From assembly GCA_002269645.1 (NCBI GenBank), contig NIVC01000754.1:310001-374000 (forward strand): DNA of 64,000 nucleotides. The letters run 5' to 3'. The position numbers were made by a program, and so were the translations under genes. Shown one piece after another: positions 51,604 through 59,708 of this stretch. Numbering within the stretch: the stretch's first letter is position 1; the number at the start of each line of letters is the position of its first letter. Below the pieces are notes generated by a model that did no database searches, had not been told where the DNA came from, and was given only the letters and a program-made list of their open reading frames with translations. The DNA comes from Macrostomum lignano (taxonomy: Eukaryota).

Positions 51604-52674
51604 ATGATGGAGAAAATTTATTTGAAACCTGAGCAACCGGCTAGTTTTTCTTGTGCCTCAAAGTTGCTGCATGAAGTGAGGCAAAGAGGTGATCGAATAT
51701 CTGCAAAGAGCATTGAGCAGTGGCTCAGCGAGCAGCCAGTGCACACTCTGCACAAGCCAGCTAGGAGGCGATATCCAAGGGCCCCAATCATAGTGCGCGC
51801 AATCGATGATCAGTGGGAACTTGACTTAGTGGAAATGATTCCATTCGCAAAGCATAATAAAGGCTACAAATATATTCTCACATGCATTGACGTGCTCTCA
51901 AAATGTGCTTGGGCCAAGGCACTGAAAAATAAATCTGCTGCAGAAGTGAAGTCAGCATTCGAGAGCATACTGAGAAGTTCAAAGCGCCAGCCACGCACAG
52001 TTCGCACAGATCAGGGGAAGGAATTTATCAACTCTACTTTCCGTCAATACTGCATTGACAGAGGGATTCTGGCTTTCCCAACTAACAGCGAGCAGAAGGC
52101 AGCTGTCATTGAGCGATGGAATCGAACTCTGAAAAGTAGAATGTGGCGCTACTTCACCTACAAGAGCACACTGCACTGGCTTGATGTGCTGCCTAAGCTG
52201 GTAAAATCCTACAACAATACCTACCACAGAAGCATCAAAATGGCACCCACTAGTGTCTGCAAAGAGAATGAATCTGAAGTGTGGATGAACCTGTACGATG
52301 GAAAAGCAGTCGAGACTCTAGAAAAATTAAAGAAGCCTAAGTTCGCTGAAAACCAGTCAGTGAGAATTTCCAATGCTCCACGGATATTCAAAAAGGGATA
52401 CAAAGCGAGCTGGAGTGAGGAAGTGTACACCGTGGTGAGCAGAGCCCCAAAACATTATCCCTACATGTACAAGATTAAAGACATGCGGGGGCAAGAGATT
52501 CGAGGACTCTTCCATGAGCACGAGCTGCAGGCTGTCCCGGACTCACAGCGGCTGTATGTGATTGAGAAGATCCTGAAAACGGAGAAGCGGAAGGGAAAAA
52601 TTCGCTATCTGGTGAAATGGGCGGGCTACGACTCGACTGGCTGGGTGGATGAAAAAGACTTAAGAAAGGTTTAG
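51604..52674 (+). CDS. int: Polinton retroviral-like (rve) DDE integrase with C-terminal chromodomain, 356 aa, intact
   Basis: WELDLVEM (D), VRTDQGKEF (D), VIERWNRTLK (E; D-x33-E); C-terminal YVIEKILK...YLVKWAGYDSTGWV chromodomain. Confidence 0.95.
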   Translation: MMEKIYLKPEQPASFSCASKLLHEVRQRGDRISAKSIEQWLSEQPVHTLHKPARRRYPRAPIIVRAIDDQWELDLVEMIPFAKHNKGYKYILTCIDVLSKCAWAKALKNKSAAEVKSAFESILRSSKRQPRTVRTDQGKEFINSTFRQYCIDRGILAFPTNSEQKAAVIERWNRTLKSRMWRYFTYKSTLHWLDVLPKLVKSYNNTYHRSIKMAPTSVCKENESEVWMNLYDGKAVETLEKLKKPKFAENQSVRISNAPRIFKKGYKASWSEEVYTVVSRAPKHYPYMYKIKDMRGQEIRGLFHEHELQAVPDSQRLYVIEKILKTEKRKGKIRYLVKWAGYDSTGWVDEKDLRKV

Positions 52675-52702
52675 CTTTGGCACAGCCCTCATCATGTAGT
52701 TT

Positions 52703-53521
52703 ATGATTATAATGCGAACTATTTTGATTAACAGTGAGCATGCTGAAGGTACTCCTAGTGACTTTAATTTTTACCTGCCTTCACCTATTTACTTGGATCG
52801 AAATGTGGACTATGAGGCAGGTCTGGCTGAAATCCATCTGCCTGCTGCATGGTTCAATGTTGACGAGCCTTACTGCTTCACTGTCTCAGATGGAAGAGAG
52901 CATGAGGCCCTGGTTCTTCAACCCGGACGCTTTGCTAGAGTGGAGGAGCTGGTGGAGCGCCTGAATGAGCTGCTGGCCAACTCTGATTCGCTGTTCTTTG
53001 ATGCAATGAGTGACAGGGAGTCTGAGATGGAGGCTGATGAGTCCGGCCTGATGGGGCGTAGTGGCAACAGGGAATTTGGTATGAAGTTCGAAATCCGCAA
53101 CTCACGAACTGTGGTGCACAACAACACTGCGAGAGCAGAGCTGTTTCTTCCATCTAGTAAAATTCTGCATTGGCTGGGATTTGGAAACCAGGCTGTGAAA
53201 ATCCAGCCAGGGAGCCGCGTATCCGAGCATTGCATTGGCTGCCCGCGCACCAGCTTAATCAATGTGCACTGCAGTATCGTTGAGTCAACTAATTGCAACT
53301 GGAGCTCCTTGTTGAGAACAGTTGGAATGAAAGCTGGCATTGAATGGGGCAACTATCAAACAAAAATATTTAAGAAAACAATATTCTTCCCGATTCAACG
53401 AATCAGTCTTCTTCACAGCATTCGAGTTCAGCTGCGGGACATCTATGGTTGCCCACTGATTGCACAGACTCACAGCCCTGTTCTGCTTACAGTTCAAATT
53501 CAGGAGAAACGCATTCAATGA
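52703..53521 (+). CDS. Minor capsid protein (penton, single jelly-roll), 272 aa
   Basis: GTPSDFNFYLPSPIYLD..YEAGLAEIHLPAAWFNV and the C-terminal INVHCSIVE...LLRTV...FFPI...IRVQLRDIYG match the Polinton penton pattern; the position between integrase and MCP also fits. Confidence 0.82.
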   Translation: MIIMRTILINSEHAEGTPSDFNFYLPSPIYLDRNVDYEAGLAEIHLPAAWFNVDEPYCFTVSDGREHEALVLQPGRFARVEELVERLNELLANSDSLFFDAMSDRESEMEADESGLMGRSGNREFGMKFEIRNSRTVVHNNTARAELFLPSSKILHWLGFGNQAVKIQPGSRVSEHCIGCPRTSLINVHCSIVESTNCNWSSLLRTVGMKAGIEWGNYQTKIFKKTIFFPIQRISLLHSIRVQLRDIYGCPLIAQTHSPVLLTVQIQEKRIQ

Positions 53522-53895
53522 ACTACCAGCAGCTAATCCAGCAATATTCGGGGGTGAGGACAGGACACGAAAAGCCTGCACTCTATGGCTGTGGGAGCTT
53601 CCCAGGGATCATGACATACCAGCCTCCGCCAGCGGCTATATCATCATCATCAGCCTCGACGCTTAGCAACGTCAGGCGCAAAAGAAATACTGAAGCAAGT
53701 CCGAAACGATTGAAGAAAAAGAAGGGCACCCGAAAGGCAACTGGTGGAAATCGCAGTAAGAGGTCGAGCAAGGCTAGTGGGAAAAAGCTTAAGAATAGGA
53801 AGACGAAAGCAAAGAAGAATAGAGCAGGCGGAGGAAAGCGAAAGCAAAAAGTCAGCAAGAAAACTGTGAAACGCGTGCTCGACTCTCTGTCATAG
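53518..53895 (+). CDS. Small Lys/Arg-rich core-protein-like ORF (pVII-like), 125 aa
   Basis: The ATG overlaps the penton stop (ATGA); N-terminus MNYQQLIQQY...LYGCGSFPG followed by a highly basic tail; ends 2 nt before the MCP ATG. Confidence 0.65.
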   Translation: MNYQQLIQQYSGVRTGHEKPALYGCGSFPGIMTYQPPPAAISSSSASTLSNVRRKRNTEASPKRLKKKKGTRKATGGNRSKRSSKASGKKLKNRKTKAKKNRAGGGKRKQKVSKKTVKRVLDSLS

Positions 53896-53897
53896 AC

Positions 53898-54662
53898 ATG
53901 GCTTACGGATTCAATCCCAGACTTGATTTATTTAAGACGCCCGTTCTACAAACCTGCATTGAAAAAGCTACTTATGTTGATATTCACCCAGTTAATTCCA
54001 TTGTTGCAAACTCTCCCATTGAATTTGACTGCCACCAATCTGCCGATGAATATACAGATCTGCTTAATTCTTTTCTTTATATTCGCTGCCGCCTTGTGAG
54101 ACTGGATGGGGGTTTGCTGAGGGAGGATGTTCGAGATGGAGATGGCATCATCACCGAGCGCAGAGACAGTGACGTGCACCCAGAAAATTTTGTTCTGTCT
54201 ACAGCCTTCTCAGATGTAATTGTGAGCATTAACCAGCGAGTGGTGTCTGGTGGAGACCAGCTCTATCCCTACCATGCGTACTTCAAAGCACTAATGAGCT
54301 CATCCGATGCCCAGCAACTAAAACTTTACCCTGCTGGCTTCCTGGAGCCGAACTCGGCAGCTGAAGAGCACACGGAGAGCCACAGGGAATCCCAATGGAT
54401 GGAGTATGCGGGGCCGCTCTTCAGCGATGTTTTCCAGTGCCCAGTGTTTCTGCTAAGCAATCTGCACCTGCACATCAAACTGGTCCCCAGCGATGGGGCC
54501 TTTGCCATCAGAACCCCGAATGCAAACAACGCGGCATACCGAATGGAAATCTCTCACAGCATTCTGCATCTTCGCCGAGTCAAAGTGATGCCCCACATCA
54601 GCCTGGCCCATGAGCAGGGGCTGACAAACCAAAATGCACTGTATCCCATCGAGCGAAGCTGA
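53898..54662 (+). pseudogene. Major capsid protein (double jelly-roll), C-terminally truncated at 254 aa
   Basis: LDLFKTPVLQTCIE, HPVNSI..SPIEF, EYTDLLNSFLYIRCRL, FSDVIVSINQRVVS, LYPYHAYFKALM and YPIER match the N-terminal half of Polinton MCPs; the ORF stops abruptly where an unrelated 18-bp repeat begins. Confidence 0.85.
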
Positions 54663-54965
54663 CTCGCTGCTGGCTGCTGACTCGCTGCTGGCTGCCGACT
54701 CGCTGCTGGCTGCCGACTCGCTGCTGGCTGCCGACTCGCTGCTGGCTGCCGACTCGCTGCTGGCTGCTGACTCGCTGCTGACGTCATGGTCCACCCAAGG
54801 GTGGTCATACTCGATCCACGAGTGGTCATCCTCCATCCACGAGTGGCCATTCTCCATCCATGAGTGGTCATTCTCCATCCATGAGTGGTCATTCTCCATC
54901 CATGAGTGGTCATTCTCCATCCATGAGTGGTCATTCTCCTGCTCCATCCAGGAGTGCTCAACCAT
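54453..54965 (-). CDS. Hypothetical repeat ORF (ENDHSWM-type and SESAAS-type repeats) running antisense into the MCP remnant
   Basis: ATG at 54965; 21-bp and 18-bp codon-phased repeats; no recognisable homology. Confidence 0.3.
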   Translation of the reverse strand: MVEHSWMEQENDHSWMENDHSWMENDHSWMENDHSWMENGHSWMEDDHSWIEYDHPWVDHDVSSESAASSESAASSESAASSESAASSESAASSESAASSESASLDGIQCILVCQPLLMGQADVGHHFDSAKMQNAVRDFHSVCRVVCIRGSDGKGPIAGDQFDVQVQIA

Positions 54966-55846
54966 AGAAAAGGCAAGCAGTTAAAAGCTGACAGTGTTTA
55001 CTGGCTGCAACTGAGTGTCATAAGCAACTGGGAGTGAATATTGGAAATCTTTTTCGTAAGTCTTTATTGCTGCAATACTGGTACAATATCCACACTTACA
55101 AGCTAGTAGATGCTGGTTATATTTTTTTGGTTCTCCCTTAAGCTAGCTCTCTGCATGCATATTCTATTGATCCCTATTCGTAAAAGTTCGTTTCTATTTG
55201 CCTCCTACGCAGACTCAATCGGTAAAAAATGCAAAATGAAGCCAATAGTTAATTAACAAACCAATCACCGAGTGGAAAAATGCTGACATTATATATATAT
55301 ATTTTAAAAAAATTATCGAATTCACATGGTGCAATCATAGTCAATAAACAATGCATGGAACAATGAATTACAAATACAGACGAGAGTTTAGAAGCAGAAA
55401 TATAGCTGAAAAGTTCAATAATTAAAGAATGAGGAAACACCGCGTCAAAGCAGTAGAAAGAAAATTATACCTAATCAATCGCACCAAGCATACGAAACAT
55501 CACCAATTTATTGAAAGTATGTTATGTTGATTTTAATTTGTTAAATTCAACTGTATATGTTTCACCTACTTTTCAAATAATTTTTTTTACCTCGGATACC
55601 AAAAAAATATTGGTTGCCACTACGAGCTACGAGCTTTTTTTAAAACTAATTTGGAAATGAAAACTGAAAACTTATAAGCAAGATTCCTAGAAGCGAATAC
55701 AGAGTTATGAGATGATCAAATCATTAATTAATGTACCTACTTTCAACTTTAAAAAGCTAGTTGAAATAAAGTTTTAGCAATAATTGCAATAAATGGGTAG
55801 ATTTCTCACTCCACACAGAAAGCAAAAAAGTACAAAAATTGCTTAG

Positions 55847-57205
55847 TCACAGCGGCACAATTCTAATACGATTTTCGAAAATCGTTACCTCGTACCCAGC
55901 CCTGCCGACAGGAGGCAGAAAGAAGGCAACTCCAGCTGGCACGGGTGGAGTTTCGGATTGAGAAGCTGGAATTGTAGAGGCTGCAGCTGGGGCGGCTGGA
56001 GCAGCTGGGGCAGCCAGAGCAGCTGGGGCGGCTGGAGCAGCTGGGGCGGCCAGAGCAGCTGGGGCGGCCAGAGCAGCTGGGGCGGCCAGAGCAGCTGGGG
56101 CGGCTGGAGCAGCTGGGGCGGCCAGAGCAGCTGGGGCGGCTGGAGCAGCTGGGGCGGCTGGAGCAGCTGGGGCGGCCAGAGCAGCTGGGGCGGCCAGAGC
56201 AGCTGGGGCGGCCAGAGCAGCTGGGGCGGCCAGAGCAGCTGGGGCGGCCAGAGCAGCTGGGGCGGCCAGAGCAGCTGGGGCGGCCAGAGCAGCTGGGGCG
56301 GCCAGAGCAGCTGGGGCGGCCAGAGCAGCTGGGGCGGCCAGAGCAGCTGGGGCGGCCAGAGCAGCTGGGGCGGCCAGAGCAGCTGGGGCGGCCAGAGCAG
56401 CTGGGGCGGCCAGAGCAGCTGGGGCGGCTGGAGCTGCAGGTGGCACAATTGCATTATGCGACTCATTGTCGCTGCCCTCCTCTTCTAGGATTTCCATTTC
56501 GTGGTCGTCTTCAATTAGATGAAGTTGTTTTCCAGCAATCACCGGAACCGAAGAGACAGGTTGCTGCTGCTGCTGACCAGCGTTGAATTCCCTGAGGAAC
56601 TGATCCAGGACATCTTCCTCTATGAAGTTTATGACAGCAGCAGCCTCGACTCCAGCAGCCTCGACTCCAGCGGCCTCGACTCCAGCAGCCTCGACTCCAG
56701 CAGCCTCGACTCCAGCAGCCTCGACTCCAGCAGCCTCGACTCCAGCAGCCTCGACTCCAGCAGCCTCGACTCCAGCAGCCTCGACTCCAGCAGACAGCTC
56801 AACTTCAAATTCTGCAGCTGCTGAAGACCCGCTTGGCCTCATCCTCTTCAATGTAGAGTCAATTACTTGACTCAAGTGAGCTGATAGCAGACTCCTGCTG
56901 GCTCCTTTTTTCTGCTGGATCTTCTTTTCTCTCTCGTTGCTCTTTTTGATGGCGCGGATTACTTTCCAGCGGTTACTTTCTTGCTTTTTCTTGTCATCGC
57001 TGACGATCCTGTGTCCTCGATGATATGCTGGAATTTTTCCCTCCTGCAGAGCTTCGACGGTGCCGCACTGGTCGCATGCCAACCAGCATGAGACCAGACA
57101 GTTCTCATTCTCGTGGTGTCTTGGGGACACGCCTCCAAGCAGGCACACTTCGCAGCTTATACAGACCTCATAGAGGTCTCTATGACAACTTTTAAAAGTT
57201 TTCAT
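55847..57205 (-). CDS. Hypothetical element accessory protein, 452 aa: Cys-rich N-terminus, basic helix, (AGVEA)n, acidic spacer, (APAAL)n, short hydrophobic beta-rich C-terminus
   Basis: Long ORF with non-repetitive flanks in one frame; C-x2-C-x2-C-x14-C-x3-C-x3-C-x2-C cluster; TATATAAGC box ~100 bp upstream (57314-57306). Confidence 0.65.
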   Translation of the reverse strand: MKTFKSCHRDLYEVCISCEVCLLGGVSPRHHENENCLVSCWLACDQCGTVEALQEGKIPAYHRGHRIVSDDKKKQESNRWKVIRAIKKSNEREKKIQQKKGASRSLLSAHLSQVIDSTLKRMRPSGSSAAAEFEVELSAGVEAAGVEAAGVEAAGVEAAGVEAAGVEAAGVEAAGVEAAGVEAAGVEAAAVINFIEEDVLDQFLREFNAGQQQQQPVSSVPVIAGKQLHLIEDDHEMEILEEEGSDNESHNAIVPPAAPAAPAALAAPAALAAPAALAAPAALAAPAALAAPAALAAPAALAAPAALAAPAALAAPAALAAPAALAAPAALAAPAALAAPAALAAPAAPAAPAAPAAPAALAAPAAPAAPAALAAPAALAAPAALAAPAAPAAPAALAAPAAPAAPAAASTIPASQSETPPVPAGVAFFLPPVGRAGYEVTIFENRIRIVPL

Positions 57206-57305
57206 TTTGAAAGAGAAAGAGTTGTTTTTTAGAAGTAGTAAGGTTTTTAAAAATCATTTTATACAATTTGTTTTTGTCTATTTGTTTATTTGTACTTGCG
57301 TGGCT

Positions 57306-57314
57306 GCTTATATA
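57306..57314 (-). promoter_or_regulatory. Putative TATA box (TATATAAGC) for the right-end gene
   Basis: Same 9-mer as at the left end, in mirror position relative to the TIR. Confidence 0.5.
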
Positions 57315-57656
57315 GTAATTTGTACATGCATGCCCTCTCCTTATCATATCGTATATGAACATCCAGCCATGCTCAGGTAATAATTACTTTACCGTTATAG
57401 AGGCCACCGGCTGTAATTAGTGTATCCCCCCGTCCCCTTATCCAGGTAAGCAACACCAGCCGTCCTCTGTGCAGTTGTAAAACTTTATAACCTTACCCTA
57501 ACACAGAGCACAGAGATTGGCCACCCCTCTTATCTCTGCAATGTTTAGCCGTTCCCAATGCACAGAGATAGGATCCTCTCCGCAGTGTATTTTTCCTATA
57601 TCCTTTTTGCCGCCTATCTCGCCAGTGCTAGTGCGGCAGTATCATGAATCGCCTCC

Positions 57657-58168
57657 ATCTCCGCAGTGCTTAGCCGTCCCCAATGCACAGAGATAGAGCT
57701 CATATCTCTGCAGTGCTTAGCCGTCCCCAATGCACAGAGATGGGGCTCATATCTCTGCAGTGCTTAGCCGTCCCCAATGCACAGAGATAGAGCTCATATC
57801 TCTGCAGTGCTTAGCCGTCCCCAATGCACAGAGATGGGGCTCATATCTCTGCAGTGCTTAGCCGTCCCCAATGCACAGAGATAGAGCTCATATCTCTGCA
57901 GTGCTTAGCCGTCCCCAATGCACAGAGATAGAGCTCATATCTCTGCAGTGCTTAGCCGTCCCCAATGCACAGAGATAGAGCTCATATCTCTGCAGTGCTT
58001 AGCCGTCCCCAATGCACAGAGATAGAGCTCATATCTCTGCAGTGCTTAGCCGTCCCCAATGCACAGAGATAGGGCTCATATCTCCGCAGTGTATTTTTCC
58101 CTGTACATTTGCATTGCCGCCTATCTCGCCAGTGCTAGTGCGGCAGTATCATAATTCGCCCTACTACT
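57657..58168. repeat. Right terminal inverted repeat: nine 47-bp units + 89-bp unique end
   Basis: GCAGTGCTTAGCC anchors every 47 bp from 57663 to 58039; the terminal segment matches the left end with one mismatch seen. Confidence 0.95.
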
Positions 58169-58657
58169 CATATGCTTTGTCCATGTCCATGTTGTCATTG
58201 CTTTTCATGGGCGTAACTAGTTGTTTTTTAGTTTTTTGAAACTTTCGTCAGGCTCTCAGGAGTAGTCCGGAATGGTTAAAAACCCAAAAACATGAAAATT
58301 TAGCTTACCTTCATTGGTGGTGGCAGCCAGATTTGTTAGTCTCCTATGTGCTTTCAATGAGAACTGGGTTTGAAATGGGGCCGATTTCAAATTTAAGCTG
58401 CTTTTTTATGAGCAAAAGTTTAGTTAATTTCATTAGGTCTCCACGCCTCTGTTGAAGTTCAGGTATACAAAATCAATCCCCATGAAGAATCTCCCCACCC
58501 TAATCCCCCATTCCCCATGTTCCAGTTGATGGGTTGAAGCTGCATAAAAATAATGCCAAAATTTGAAATCAGCACCATCAAAAACCAATTTTGATTTAGA
58601 GACATAATTACTATCCTATCAAAACTGCAACTTATATACCTATAATTCAAGAAGTCT

Positions 58658-58912
58658 CATTACTGCCCATTCGGCCGATTCCCCTGAGCGCAGGCACACA
58701 AGCCAAACGCACAGGCACACACTCACACAGGAGTGTACAGCGGCCCTAACTTTATATTATCGCTAGGCATGTACACTTCACTGCGCCTTTGGGGGGGGTT
58801 GGACCTCAATGGCGTTAATTGCACGAGCAGAACCAAGCCGAGATTCCAATTTAGCCCCAAATAATTGTGACCGCACTTGGGAATCGAGCCTAGACCACTG
58901 GCACACCAGAGC
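58658..58912 (-). mobile_element. Diverged, 3'-truncated SINE copy
   Basis: The reverse complement aligns with the 22500 copy (GGCTCGATTCC head region through GAATGGGCAGTAATG), with more substitutions than the other copies. Confidence 0.85.
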
Positions 58913-59708
58913 TGGCACACAATTATTTACACACAAATTAGAAATATTTACCCTGCCATTTTTTTCTTCGGCTGTAGTTCTCATTTTCGATGCAGTAAGC
59001 CTGGCACTCGAACCCGTGGCTTCGGAGCCCTTCTGCGTTGAAGTCTCGTCAGCCCTGCACCAGATGTAGTTCCCCAGGCTGGCAGAAGTTGCACCAAATT
59101 TTATTCAATAATTTACGAGGAAATAAGATAGCCACAGGCTTCGCAAGGTTTATGAAATATTATTTATCATATAGCATCTCCGTCATCAAGCCAGCATATC
59201 CCGAACACTGTAGGGCTTTGACTGCCGAGGTGACTACCTCTTGGCCATAGACACTAGCAAGAGTAATTAATACTGCAAAACTCTAGGCAAGCATCGATTT
59301 GAACTAATTTTTCTGATATATCTGGGTACTAAAAACCTTTCTAACCCGCCTCACGCCGCTGACAAGCTCAGTAGTAGTCTCGGAACATAGATAGAATTTT
59401 TTGCGCTGCTTTTTCATTTTCAGAAACATTTTCAACAATAAAGTGAAAACAATATTTTCACGTAGATCGTTAACCAGGGTGTATTTATTAGTTGATTGAT
59501 TACTTGTCAGTTTTATTAGCATTGGAACCCGTCACCAAAGGTAGTTCATGGAGCATGTCTAATTCATAGACTTCAGCGCTCATCTTGAGTAGATCTCAAG
59601 TCTGAAAAATGGAGGTAAAAAATTAACTTATCCGATATGTTTAATATATTATTTCAATATTCGCAGGCCTTTTTATTAAATGGGAATCTCTCACCTTTCA
59701 TGCTCAGA

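Larger units (their letters stand above)
49773..58168 (+). mobile_element. Polinton/Maverick-type (polintovirus/adintovirus-like) element, 8,396 bp, lacking pPolB/ATPase/protease
   Basis: Starts AGTAGT and ends ACTACT; 6-bp TSD CATATG at 49767-49772 and 58169-58174; ~290-bp TIRs; encodes an rve-chromodomain integrase and minor and major capsid homologues. Confidence 0.96.
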
